Positions 27,641-40,754 of a stretch of 64,000 bases of DNA are shown here, piece after piece. The position numbers and the translations under genes are program-made. The notes under the pieces were generated by a model. That model did no database searches and was not told the DNA's origin. It saw nothing but the letters and a program-made list of their open reading frames with translations. The first letter of the stretch is position 1, and each line of letters begins with the position of its first letter. Origin of the DNA: Callorhinchus milii. Taxonomy: Eukaryota. Location: the NCBI RefSeq assembly GCF_018977255.1, contig NW_024704742.1, forward strand, positions 39,434,001 to 39,498,000, given 5' to 3'.

Positions 27641-29629
27641 GACAGTTGGGGCTGACTCTTTAGTAGCATTAAAAACTAACAGACTAGTATTCAAGTTTTG
27701 GTTAACAACAACAACTAGCATTTATATAGTGTCCTTCACACGATGCAGCATCTCGGAGCACTTAACAGCAGCTGAGCTTGATACCAAACTGGGGAGAGAG
27801 GGAATGTAGCCATTGGCACAGTTAAGGTGTGTATGTCTGTGGCCAAAGTTCTTCTTGCACTCTTGACTGATGGCATTTCAGAACAACAAATATAATCTTT
27901 TTTTTCCTCCCTTCTAAATCGCTTTATGGCTTGAAGTGATGACAGATTGCTTGTGGGATTTAATGTCATTGATTTCCATAAGTAAAATGATTACATAGCA
28001 CAGTGGAAAGTGAGCACTGAGGGTGAAACAGAAAATTAGACCCTTGTTTACGACTGAGCTCTGGATTTATGTGGGTGTTAACTCATGACTTGAATACCCA
28101 CGTTGATGGCATAAAAATTGCCATCTTTCGTATTGAAAAAAATATGGCCAGGAGGCGGAGCCTTTAAGAGTGGGGAGGAAACTGTGGTATAAGCTAGGCT
28201 AGGTATTGGATAGAATCATTTCCCTTTTGCCATGGTGCCATTTTCCCCAATTATGTTTACTAAGTCCCTCTTCCTTTCGCTCATATTGACTGTTTTTCTT
28301 TTACATGCATCCCTTATACTTCATTCGCTTTGCCAATTATTATCTCTCAGACACTCTTACCTCTGTTATGTCCATAGTGGTCCATTACTGTCCTCCAGTC
28401 AGTCTTACACTCCCCCCTCCCACACTTTTATCTCTTTCTGGTCTCTTTCCTTTTTGGCCCCTATCCCATTGGTCAGTATTTTGCAAAAAATACTGTTGGC
28501 TCCTGGGATGATTGGCTGCCTCCAGGTAATATGGTTCTAGTTTATTCTGACTGAACCCATCAGTTGATCCGTTCAGCCTGAAGGGAATGGCAAGAGTATA
28601 TATACTTAGCACTGGAGTCTTCACTCAGGATCAGAGGCAAACTGGAGAGATTGAGGAGAAAGTCGAACAGATTGTGATATGATTTACATGCCCACAAATC
28701 ATTTTGACAAACATTGCACGATTTGCGATTTGAAGGCTGGACAAAATATTCAATTTGCAAAGGATTAAGATATTCTCGATCAAACTTGTTTGTTAAAAAT
28801 AATGATTCCAGCAGTCACGTGGTTAATTGCTCTAAATAATAATACATTCAGTTGGTTTGCTTTTTATTGGTTTGTTGAAAAGTGGGCTGTTGCCAGGAAT
28901 CAATACTTATTAAGATGACTGCCTCAGGGATTGTTGGAACAACGCTTACATCCAAAAAAAAACACAGCTTTATTCTTAGCAAGGTTATTGTCAAGGTATT
29001 ACAATTATTGCTGCTTGTCTATTTAGTGTAGTTAACCAGTATTTACAAAATTGCCTACTTTCCCACTATTGTTTCTGGCACAATGAAATGTGAACCCTAT
29101 GAAACCTGCTGGTGCAAATAATAATAATTAAGAAATCACACTGCATCACAATCCATTTGATTGGTACATGGGCACATTTCTGCCTGCAGAGGTTATTGAG
29201 CTGGCATTCCCCACTTTCAGAGATGGTGACCTTGCAGAAATCTATTGTTATTTCACTGCAATAGTTTATTGCATTCAGTCGGGTGGAACTCCCAGCAAAG
29301 CTCTAATTTTCGACAATTGTGTCAAACCAGGCATTTATGCCTCATCTTGTCATCACACATTATGAAAAATTCTGTTTAACCCACCAATTACTGTGAGCTC
29401 TTTGAATCATCTGTGTACCCAGATGTCTGGAAGATTTCTTTTTTCTGTATCTTTTGAATGGTGATTATAAAGTTGAATTAGAAAATGGTTTAAGAGTACA
29501 GAACATTTTGTCAAGTGAATTATATAACTCACAAAACAATATGAATACAACAAAAATAATCCTGTGCTTTATTCCATTCCCCGCGCCCACCCAATTCTGG
29601 AAACTGTAATCTGGGTATAGATATAAGTT

Positions 29630-30005
29630 TGGCTTTCTGCCTCTGAGTCAGACTATTGTTGATTTAAATCTTGCGCTTAAAATTATAGGTCATAGTATAG
29701 GCTGACACTCCATCCCAATGCTAGGGAACATTGCATTGCTGGAAGTGTCATCTTTGGAATAAGAGGTTAAACCCATCAGCCCAAGTGAATGTTAAAGATT
29801 CCCTGATACTATTTGAAATATGAACGGCATTTTTTTTAGTCCAACGATCTTCAATGGTTATCTTCAAAGATAAATTAATCATTGACTTTATGTTTGTTTG
29901 TGGCACAATGTGTGCAAATTGGCTATCATGTATGCCTACAAGCTATTTCACGTGAGGTGCTATAAAACAATGTCAAAGTGCTATATAAAATGCAAGTATT
30001 ATTGT
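29630..30005 (+). mobile_element. DeuSINE-like element
   Basis: ctctgagtcaga head, ggctgacactcc, gttaaagattcc, L2-like tail. Confidence 0.7.
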
Positions 30006-30059
30006 TGTCTGAGTGGGTTAAGGACAGCAAAGAAAGTGTTTCAGTGGTTACTTTTTACA

Positions 30060-30445
30060 GATACATTTTCTTCTTATTTTTTCTTTTCAATATTCTAACC
30101 ATCCTCCTCTCTTGAAGGTATTCATTTCCTTTTTTCCTTCTACTTGTGCACAGTTCCACAGGTTCCCTCCTGTAAATTGACCCAAGTAGCCATTAGTTAT
30201 GTGAAAATCTTAAAGCAGATATTGGCAAGCTATTTGATCACAGGGTTGATCACATCATGTGCAGGTTCCTGGAGGTCTCTCCAGACAGTGATCAGGAGCA
30301 AGAAATTCCTTCACCTAAGGATACTGAGGTTAATTGTATCACCCAATACCAACTGTTGCCCTGGCCAAGATTATCTAACACAATAGACAATGATTCAAAC
30401 CTACAACCTGAAAGGCCAAGCGTTCAACAGGCATTGAGCCATCAG
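30060..30445 (-). mobile_element. Old SINE-like repeat (LmeSINE1-like by recollection), same family as 60550-60930
   Basis: Reverse homology to 60550-60930, e.g. cccaagt/tgggcaag and tcaggagcaagaaattcct/aggatttctgctcttga. Confidence 0.5.
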
Positions 30446-31537
30446 AGAAATCTTACTGTTCTTTCTTGCCTACGGTCATCTCCCCTATCTTTCCAGCTTG
30501 GCATCAAACCACACTGCTGCTAAGAGCTCCGAGGCACTACTCGAGTGAAGGGCGCTATATACATGCAAGTCGTTGCTGTTATCTGGTGGAGAAATGTATA
30601 AACTCTTTGCAGACTATCTTTATACCTTGCCTCAGGCTTCTCGAAATTCACTATTGGCACATTGGCTTTCAGAAACAATTGGCTGGCATCAGTGAACAAC
30701 TTCTTTGTAGTACCATGAATTGATATCCGTCTTGAACAACAATGTCTTGGACACTGAGTAATTGCTGTGGGGTTGGGGTTACCGGACTCTTAACATTACC
30801 AATAGCTCCAAATTAGTATCCTTCAGTGAAAATTATTCTGACCTGCAATATCAGTGTTCAAGCATCATTGGTACCAGCTGAGTATTTCCTTTTTGCCTTT
30901 CAGAGCTGACTTGAGTGAGAAGGTAAAACAAAATGGCTCAGAATAGGGAAAAAAGATCTTTTAACTTTATACAAAAAAAACTAGCCAAGAAATAGGGAGA
31001 ATTTTAATTGAAACAGGTCTCAGAGTACATATCTTAAAGATATATTTCTATCATGTTTAATTAAAACATTCATTTAACAGACAGGATGTGTATCAAATGA
31101 GCATACACTCTAATTTTACTATTACTGTACCAATGCAATTCCCATGGATACAGCAGTAGAGAGCACTAATGGTGACTCACTATTACGCAACCAACCATGA
31201 ATTTAAATGACATAGAAATTCATAGGCAGTCTGGAATGGGTTTTAAACATCTATTTTTACAAATAAATAAAAAGAACACCAACAGTACTTAAAATTGGAT
31301 ATAAAATGGTTTATTAATGAACTTTGAAGTACAGCTCTCTGTAGGCATTTATGGGGCTAATTTCTATTCCATTTCCCTCACAGTGCTAATTTGACTTGTT
31401 TTCGGGAACCAAATGCGTTTTAAAAAAACAAATAATTTGCCTTATTTTGCAACTCCCTTGTTTGCTGCTGTGAATTTATTTTGCAGTGAGTGATGCAGAA
31501 AGGAACAGAAACATCACATCACCCAGTTGCTAATGTT

Positions 31538-31962
31538 GCCTGGCTCAATGGTAGGACTCTTGCCTCTGGTTGTGGGTTCAAGTCACCCATTGGGACTTGA
31601 ACTCACAAAGTCTCAACTGATACTGCAATGCAGTGCTGGGGGATGGGTGTTTCATTGTTGGAGGTACCGCCCTTCAGATTAGTCGTTAAACCATATGCCT
31701 ATTCAAGTGGACATTAAAGATCCCATGGCACTATTTGAAAAGAGAAGAGAGTTTATCCTAATGTCCTAGTCAACAATCGCCCAAATCAAATAGTTGTTCA
31801 ATTCATGGCTGTTTGTGAGACATTGCTGTGCGCAACTGGCTGCTGCGTTTATCCACAAAATACAGTCACTCCATTTCACATTAAATCCTGTGCAGTGCTT
31901 TGGCACGTGTTCTTGATGTGAAAGGTGCTCTACCAAATGCAAAGATTATAAATTGTTATTAT
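31538..31962 (+). mobile_element. DeuSINE-like (SacSINE1-type) element, near full length
   Basis: tRNA head gcctggctcaatggtagg...gggttcaagtc; central attaaagatcccatggcactatttgaa; tail shared with L2. Confidence 0.8.
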
Positions 31963-32089
31963 ATACTGAAACAAAATTAAACGGTGAAAGAACAAAATGT
32001 ATGTTTTCTCTAATCTTAATGGGTCAAGGATCCTAAAATGCTGCTTTGGGGAAGCAAAGATCACTTCTTGTGCAAGGCCAATCTGTAAT

Positions 32090-32740
32090 ACTCTTACTAT
32101 CCTCCCTAGGGGAGGAGAGGAAAATAAGCCAGATTTCCTTGGGACAGCCCTGGCTGCAAGGTGACATGCTTGGCAACAGAATGTTAGAACTAGGTCATCT
32201 TTCTGCAATGGTCTCGGTAGTCTGGTTTGTGAGTCAGGCAGATCTGCAGTACTCCAGGGCACTGCTAATGACAGACCAGCAGCCTGGCTTGTCGGGAGGA
32301 GCAGACTGGTTAGTGAATATTCTTCCTGCTTGGCTCCTGTTCACTCTGCAAACTAAAATTCTAGTGAGTCCAAGTTGGACAAGCAGTTGTAAGCTTGCCA
32401 GACAGTACTCACAATGACAAGATATGTAGTTTTAGCTGGTTAGACTCCAGCAGTACCCCAACGCACACTCTGAGGTCCCCAAGGCTTGGCTCTCATCAAC
32501 CTATATCTAATACTTTCCGGGACTAATAAAATAAATAACAATAATTGTTGCGTTTGATTTACCATCTAAATGTCTCATAGCACTTCATAGGATATACTAT
32601 AGATTGTGGAGACTTAATTAAGTAAGCAGGGCATCCCTTCGGGAAGAGCGTCATTCCAGTCTAGACACAGGGAAATTCCATATGTAGGTGACATACATAC
32701 ATGGCAGTCTCAGTCTGGTTTAGATACTTTTAAACATGTG
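32090..32740. repeat. Unclassified interspersed repeat, copy 1
   Basis: Colinear homology with 54860-55446. Confidence 0.75.
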
Positions 32741-33399
32741 ACAGATCTCCTTTTGTATCAGACACCCAGCTAACCAAACAAAATTGATACTGATCAGGAA
32801 TTTGAGAGCACCAAAATGAAAATAATAATAATCCTTGCATTTCATATATTTGCCTTATCACATCTTCGAGATGTCTCAAAGCGCTTCACAGAATATACTG
32901 CAAAGTGAATTGACTGTATATTTTGCAGGGGAAAAACGTATTCAGATTAAGCAATGCAGTTACCTTACTGCACCCAGAAGAATTGACTCATAGTAACGTA
33001 GAGAGCTGGGAAAAGACCAGCTGGCTGGTCCTAAAACAAAAAATAACACAACACTATGCTATTGCTCATATTCCTCTATCAGTTTCTTTGCCAAATAACT
33101 TTCTAATTCTCTTTTGAATTTGCTGACAGAATCTGCCTCCACTATCTCCTATTCTACATACATGCACCACTCTGTAAATTAAATATAACCTCTGTTCACT
33201 TTCCTTGTATTTGTATAATTTTTAGACCAGGTTCTGAAATTTGAAACACAGTGCTAGAGAATTGTACTTCTACAGATATGAATGGTTTGAAGATAATGCT
33301 ATTTGGACAGGAGTGCTGAGACTGCACAAATAAAGAGCAATAGGGAAGAAATGAATATTGATGCATCTGTTAATTAATTAGCTAACGTGTCTCTGGCTG

Positions 33400-34030
33400 A
33401 ATTATCAGAAATCCTGAAAAGTACAATGTTCAGTGAACATAAATAGGCTGATTCTAATTGTTGGTGAGACCATAAGGATGAGATCTAAGAGAGCATTTAG
33501 GAGGAACCTCTTCACATGGAGGATGGTAACAATGTGAAGCTCACAGCCGTGAACTGTGGTTGAAACAGAAAGCATGAATGCATTTAAGAGGAGACTTGAT
33601 GCAACCATGAGGAAGAAGGGAATAGTGGGGAAGGGAAGCTAAGGTGGGAGATTAGGATGGAGGGAAGATCATGTATGAACACTAGTTGGGCTGAATGGCC
33701 TATTGCGGTGCTGTACAGTCTGTAATTTTATATAGATTTGCTGGGGCTGTTTCCTAAAAACACAAAAGGTTGAGAGTTTTACAGATAGGGATTTTTAAAT
33801 TGATGAGCAGTTTAAATTACACAGACAGGGAGAAATGATTTTCAGTTGTCGTTGAGGAGGTAACGAGAGAGCATAAAATTGAGGTAATTATCTAAAGAAA
33901 AGAATCAGGAAAACATTTTTACATTTTGTTAGGGTGAATGCCTTACCTGCAAACATGGTTGAGGCAGATTCTAAATCAGCTTCTAACAGTAAATTTGATA
34001 AATATCTGAAAAGGAGAAATATAAAAAGAT
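33400..34030 (+). mobile_element. Two old CR1 3' fragments
   Basis: tgggctgaatggcct...gtgctgta end at ~33690-33720; second fragment with gttgaggcagatt. Confidence 0.65.
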
Positions 34031-36024
34031 CTAAACCATAGAGAAATAGAAGCTATGAAACCTGTGGAATTGAAACTGTCAACAGAATGTGTGATAACGT
34101 GGGTTTCATAGACAGTGGTGTAATTTATTGCAAGTCCAATATACTATATTATGTGTGAGAGGGCAAATTCACTTGAGGAATTCACTGCTAAATAGTCATA
34201 GCAAAGCTCTCAGCAGATACTAGCAGCTCCCCTATAAAGCTGCAGAGAGGGAGGGAGAAAAGAAAAAAAAAGTCACCCTACATCTCCTAGCAACCGATTT
34301 AGCAGGTCTTGGTTACTCACAAAAAAGGCTCAATGGGAGAGAAATTATTCAATATACTTGGTTGTTAAATATATCTCAATTTATGAGATAATGAGGCGAC
34401 ATTTTGCTTCTAATGAATTAACTGTGCTAATCATTCACATTTGGAACCTTTTTATTGATGCCCAAATACCGCAGTCCAGGAGAAGAGCTTTCACTGCAAC
34501 ATGAGCCAGTTCATTAGAGACAAGGCCTATTTCATTAGGAACAAGACGGGCAAGTCAAATGACCTGGAATCAGACAAAAGGAGACAACAAAAAAGGAAAC
34601 TCGACTGCTCAATTGAGAGGAATTAAATATTCATTGGCAATATTGATGTTGGTTTAGACTGGTTGATACATACTTTTTTAAAATTTGATTCAAAGTTCTG
34701 AGGAAATGTGTGTAAGTTATTTGTAGTAACAACATTCACTCTGAAGTGTTACCCAGATTACATTGGATAAAGGTGCCATGCTGTTACATTTAGGAGCAGT
34801 ATCACGAAATAGATTTCCCCAAACAGAACACTACTGTAATATGGTGCAGAACTATGTTAATTGAAAGCCATCCCTTTTCTTGACTGTCTTCACTGGGAGA
34901 GTGTTGGAAATAAGCTGTAATGGTCAGCCTTTGTGAAGAGCTGCTGTGTTTTCAACTTGTGCTGAGAGAAAGCCTTACACGACAATAGACTCTTTCACTG
35001 TCAGAGCACACAATAGCTCTTCCCACTGAATGCTCTCTATTCCCTTCCTCATTCACTCTGAATCTCATTCTCAAAAATGACAGCAGGCATGAGCAGGCAG
35101 CACCACACTGACTCGTAGTATGCTGTTGAAAATGGGGACCTGGATTTCATTTAGATGGCATGATGAACATTACCAAATGTATAAATATTGAAGTTGAACA
35201 GTAGATCACCATGTGGATTCACTAATAACAACTCTTACAGTAAACTAGAAGCGTGTCATGGTGACCTCTGGGAACCCCACTCCAGTGCATCTGGAACTCG
35301 TCTGAGGATGTTGCAGTGCGGCAGTAGTCATTATTGAGACTTGGAGTCATTATTTTTGAATTCAGGTAATTACTATCAACTGAATTCTTCAGCGTTTAGC
35401 AAACAAAAAAGTTTTAACTTCCAAACTGACAGTCAAAGTTGAGAATCCAACACTACAGACCCATCTTATAATAAACAAAAACAATCTTTGCAATTTGATA
35501 CAAAGCCTACAATGTCAAAATTACTCAATGTGCTTTACGGTATTTGTTTTAAAGTACGATGGCTATGTATTTATAGGAAACCCGGCATCAAATTTGTGCA
35601 CAGCAATGTCCCACAAGAACCAGGAGGTGTATGACAAACTGATCTCACCAAAATATTAAAGTTTTTACAATGTTACAGCTAAAATAATTTATTAGTGTTT
35701 TCATATTATGATTCTATTATTTATTGGAAGTGTACAGATTGTACTTTGTACAAATGATGATATAGAAGTTAACAAACAAACCTGTTCATCCCTTAATGGG
35801 CAATTGATTTATTAATTATAGATTAGAAAGCAAGGTTAGACAGTTAGTACTGACATAATCAAGGTACCTCACAGAGGAAAACATCAATGAACGGGATAGA
35901 ATTACATGTTCGTTGACTCATCACTCACCTTGTTCAAACAATGGGAGGCAATGATAAATAAGATGGACAGGATTCTGGGATACATTGCTAAATGAGTTAG
36001 GTTCAGATCCCTAGAATACTCTAG

Positions 36025-36540
36025 TGGAGTCCTGTAGCTCAGTGGTTAGAGCACTTGCTTTGCAAGCGAGAGACCTGGGTTCAATTCCAGGCAGAGGGCG
36101 AAACCTTGGGCAAGTTTCCTTACTCCACACAGAGCCTAATAATAATCCCTCCAAAAAAAAAAAACAATAATAAATTGGTCATTTTCAATCCACGACTGTT
36201 TGTGGGACATTGCTGTGCGCAATTGGCTGCCGCGTTCGCCCACAAATATACAGTCAATTCACTTTACAGTGCGTTCTGTGAAGCGCTTTGGGACATCCTC
36301 CCGATGTGAAAAGCGCTATATCAAATGCAAGTATTATTATTATTATTATTGCTGTGCGCAATTGGCTGCCGTGTTTGCCCACAAATATACAGTCAATTCA
36401 CTTTACAGTGTGTTCTGTGAAGCGCTTTGGGACGTCCTCCTGATGTGAAAGGCGCTTTATAAATGGAATCTTGTTGTTGTTGTCCTCCCGACGTGAAAAG
36501 CGCTATATCAAAATGCAAGGATTATTATTATTATTATTAT
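36025..36540 (+). mobile_element. Young tRNA(Ala) SINE with triplicated 3' tail
   Basis: Full unit at 36025-36349, repeated 3' half at 36350-36482 ending in (GTT)n, third tail at 36483-36540 ending in (ATT)n. Confidence 0.9.
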
Positions 36541-36716
36541 AGTTCTGGTCAGACTAGTTCTGATTGTCAACAACATAAGGTCTCCTTTTCAATATCTTGG
36601 TGACATCATCCACAGACATGGAGTCAACTTCCACATGATACCCAACTCTATCTCGCTGCCTCCACCCTCGACTCCAGGACCACTGTTGTCCTCACAGACT
36701 GCCTGTTGGATATCAA

Positions 36717-37192
36717 CAACAACAACAACAACAACAAGATTCCATTTATAGAGCGCCTTTCACGTCAGGAGGACGTCCCAAGGCGCTGCACAGTTGGGTC
36801 ATGACCCGAGCAGGGGGGAAATGGTCAGGGTGAGGGGAGGGAAGGGAGGGAGAGAGGAGGGGGGAAATGGTCAGGGTGAGGGGAGGGAAGGGAGGGAGTG
36901 AGGAGGAGGAAGAGAGTCGAGAGGGGAGCTGAAGGCACGGTCAAAGAGAAAGGTTTTGAGACCGGCCTTGAAGGAGGAAAGGGAGGAAGCAAGGCGAAGG
37001 CACTGGGGGATGGAGTTCCAGAGCCTGGGGGCTGAGAGGCTGAAGGCCCGACCACCGATAGTAGGGCGGTTGGGGCGGGGGATGTGGAGCAGACCGGAGC
37101 CAGAGGAACGGAGGGTACGGGCAGGTAGGTAGGGGGATAGTAGGTTGGAGAGGTAGGAGGGAGCAAGGCCGTGAATGGCCTTGTAGGTGAGG
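36717..37192 (-). mobile_element. Young L2 3' end, nested
   Basis: Intact frame LTYKAIHGLAPSYL...AFSLSAPRLWNSIP; (GTT)n tail; ATCAA flanking duplication. Confidence 0.9.
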
Positions 37193-37216
37193 ATCAAGTT
37201 CTGTATGAGAGCTAAC

Positions 37217-37521
37217 CCCGTCCTAACTGCCCTACCATCGGTGGCCGGGCTTTCAGCCTCTTAGCCTGGAACTCCATCCCCCATTGCCTTCGCCTTGCTT
37301 CCTCCCTTTCCTCCTTCAAGGCCGGTCTCAAGACCTTTCTCTTCAACTGTGCCTTCACCTCCCCTCTCGACTCTCTACACCCTCCTTGCTCCCTCCCTTC
37401 CCTCCCCTCACCCTGACCATTTCCCCCCTGCTTGGGTCCCGACCCAACTGTCCAGCACCTTGGGACATCCTCCCGACATGAAAGGCGCTCTATAAATGCA
37501 ATCTTGTTGTTGTTGTTGTTG
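37217..37521 (+). mobile_element. L2 3' end, nested, same subfamily in opposite orientation
   Basis: Reverse-complement match to 36717-37080; TAAC flanking duplication. Confidence 0.88.
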
Positions 37522-38399
37522 TAACTTCTTGCAGTTGAATGTCAACAAAACCCTCCTGCTTGTCTCCCATCAGCACTTCCAAACCTCGAGCGCTGACAGC
37601 ATCTCCCTGCATTGATGCACTCTACATCTCCCGGAGCCAATATGAAACCTCAGCATCCAGTTCGACCCTCAACTGTCCTTCATACCCCCCATCCATGCCA
37701 GGACGCGCTCCATCTTTCCCCCCTTCTGCAACATCGCTCAGCCCCACCACTGTCTTAAACCGCAGGCTTCCAAGACCCTCATGCACACATTTATAACATC
37801 CAGGCTGGACTACGCAAACTCCCAGCTTGTTGGCCTCCCTAACTCCTCCCTCCATAGGCTGCAGATCCTCCAGAACTTTGCAGCCCATGTCCTCTCCTGC
37901 ACTGGGCTCTGTGACCCTATCACCACCATCCTTGCCCGACTCTATCAGCTTCCCAACACACAGAGGATACAGTTCAAGATCCTGGTCCTCATTTTCAAAA
38001 TCCTCCATGTCCTTGATCCCCTTATATCTGCGACCTCCTAACCCCTACCAACCTGCCCTCTCCCTCTGCTCAGCGGGCTCCAGCCTGCTTCACGTCCTCT
38101 GCCTCGCCTGCCCTACCATTGGCGGGCCGGCCTTCAGTCACTCTGCCCCCACCTTCTGGAACTCCATCCTGCAGTGTCTCCAACTCGCCCCCTCCCTTGC
38201 CTTCTTCAAGAGCTGTCTCAAAACCCTCCTCTTTGACTGTGCCATCAGTTACCCTCCTTCCCCCACCACCCTCCACCTTCCCTGATCCCAACCCCCAGCT
38301 CAGGTCCAAAACACTGACTGTCCAGCACTTTGGGATGCTCTCCTGATGTGAAAGGCGCTATACAAATGTAATTTTGTTGTTGTTGATCAGTTCTGGTGA

Positions 38400-38670
38400 T
38401 CAGTTCTATCCTATTAAGAATATTATGTAATATACTAATGGGATAGAGAACATAAACCTAGAACTACACTTTTCACTCCTAACTGGCCTAGCTCTAATTT
38501 TAAGATTATGTCCCCTTGTTCTGGATTCCCCCACAAGAGGAAATAGTTTCTCTGTACCTGCCCAATCAAATCCCTTTATTATATTAAAACCATCAATCAG
38601 ATTACTCCTCAACCTTCAAAACCAAGGGAATAGAGACTAGGTTTATGCAACCTGTCCTCATAATTTAATC
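38400..38670 (-). mobile_element. CR1 fragment
   Basis: LRSNLIDGFNIIKG, KLFPLVGESRTRGHNLKIR. Confidence 0.85.
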
Positions 38671-39519
38671 CTTTGGAGTTAAACCAAAGGATTAAACCAA
38701 GGCCTATTTCTGTTATGCATGCTCAGTGTCATACTGTGTAGTGAAGTTATTGACCGTACGATTAAGAAAGATCCAAAAGCTTCTTGTAGGCCAAGTGGTA
38801 AAAATTACAAGGGCAGTTTGGGATGATTTGCCTTCAAAAACTGCCCCCGCCTCTCTGTCCTTCTGTGGAAGGTCCTGGTATGCAGTGGGCATCATTTTCT
38901 TACAGAAAGGGTGAGATATACAGAAAGGGAAGCTCACTGTGTAGGGAATTGTGTGAATTTAATCACTCTGTAAACCATCACATCGCTTCAGCACATCCTT
39001 TAAAAAACAGATTTTCCACCCAGTCTATGTACTTTGTAATGTCAAGCTGGCTGTCATCCCTTCACAAACATGAGAGAATAATTTCTTTTGGAACTTTTCT
39101 GACTCAAGCAAGATGTACTCGAAGATATAAATTATGGATAAGAACATAGGATTTGGAGAGATTACCTAGAAAGTCATTAAACATGCAAGAATATGCTTGC
39201 CAGAATGTTCCTGCCAATTTATATTAAACCAATATGCTTCACTGTAGGTACGAACAGGTGGCATTTACCAACTGCTTTATTACTTTCTTCAATATCATTA
39301 TTTAAAATAAACCCAAGTAATAGGTAAATTAATCCTGAAATCTTGGTATTAGGAATTTCTCATGATAACATGTTATCAATGTTACCCCTCCCCCATGCCT
39401 GAGCCCCGACACCTGACTGTTCAGCACTTTGGCACGTCCTCCCGAGGTGAAAGGTGCTCTACAAATGTAATTTTGTTATTGTTGTTATTACTGAAAGCAC
39501 ACAACTTCATGACACCAGT

Positions 39520-40056
39520 AAAATGCAAAATACTGCAGATGCTGGAAATCTGAAACAAAAAAAAAGTCGTTGGGAACACTCAGCAGGTCAGGCAGCATTT
39601 ATGGAGCAAGGAATGTGGGTCAACGTTTCTGGTCTATGACCCTTCGTCATTATTTCAATAATTTCAGACCATAACAGCTCACCTGTGACCATTACAGAAC
39701 CCATCATCTGGATCCCAGACACACCTTTTCTCTCTCTCGTCTGCCTGCTTTTTTGCAATTCCCCCATTTTATTCTGCAGTATTAACACTTCTTTTCCCCT
39801 GTTTTGTTGCAATCCCCCCCTTTGTTTTTACATTATTAGCACCGCTTTATCCCATCATTCCCTGTCCTCTATCCCATTTTCTCCTTTGACTTCCTTGCCC
39901 TGCCTCCTCCCTCTCTGTTGGTCCTTAAAAGCCTTTCCCTCCCAACATGCCCCAATTCTAACAAAAGGTTGTGGACCCGAAATGTTGACTCATTTTCCTT
40001 TCTCCATAGATGCTACCTCACCTGTTGAGTGTTCCATTGACTTCTGCTTTTGTTTA
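39520..40056 (+). mobile_element. Penelope-like element with inverted truncated pLTR and 11-bp TSD
   Basis: 39520-39650 is the reverse complement of the element's 3' end; ATGACACCAGT at 39509-39519 and 40057-40067. Confidence 0.85.
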
Positions 40057-40754
40057 ATGACACCAGTGACTTACAGTCTGTTTTGTCACTTGTTTGATAC
40101 AAAGCCACTGAAATCCATTGCCTGTTGATGTCGATAGATGGACATGAGTGAAAGACACTTTTGCAGGTGGAACGGATATTTCAGTCAGTACTTTTTGATC
40201 TCCTCAGCTGGCAAATGGTGCATGTTGCAGTGTATATTTATTAATCTCTGTTTTGCTGTGACACATCCAATATCAGTATAACACCAAACATTCAGTATTT
40301 GGACATTGAGGCGCAGTGTTGGATTGCATTCTTCACCTGCGATTCATCCTACAATTATCAGCACTTTAAAAGAACATATCCTACAGTTTGCTGTGAATAG
40401 GTCAGAGTGATGGTGCTATTAGAGGAAGTATATTGGATTGTATTTCTCCGTTCCAGAAGAAAGCCATTAAAAAAGATTTACAGTTCTTTTCAGTGATAGG
40501 CTACTGTAGTTAAGAGTAACTTCAAGCAGATTAGAATTGTATTTAAATAAACTCTGACAACCCAGAGAACAAGTGGGTATAGCGGGTTTGAGAATTAAAA
40601 CACTACTATTGCCTTATTGACAAATAAAAAGTGAACATTTTTTTCTCCATTCTTTAATTAGTAAATTTAAGATATTCTTATAAATATAACTTCTGGTGAA
40701 ATTTCTTTTTAACTTCTGGCATTTGTGTTTCAGATAATCCTAAATTTTTTTCCC

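Larger units (their letters stand above)
36580..38385 (+). mobile_element. Host L2 fragment carrying two nested L2 insertions
   Basis: HTFITSRLDYANS, LQILQN, AFSHSAPTFWN; tail at ~38330-38385; colinear with 41160-41630. Confidence 0.88.
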
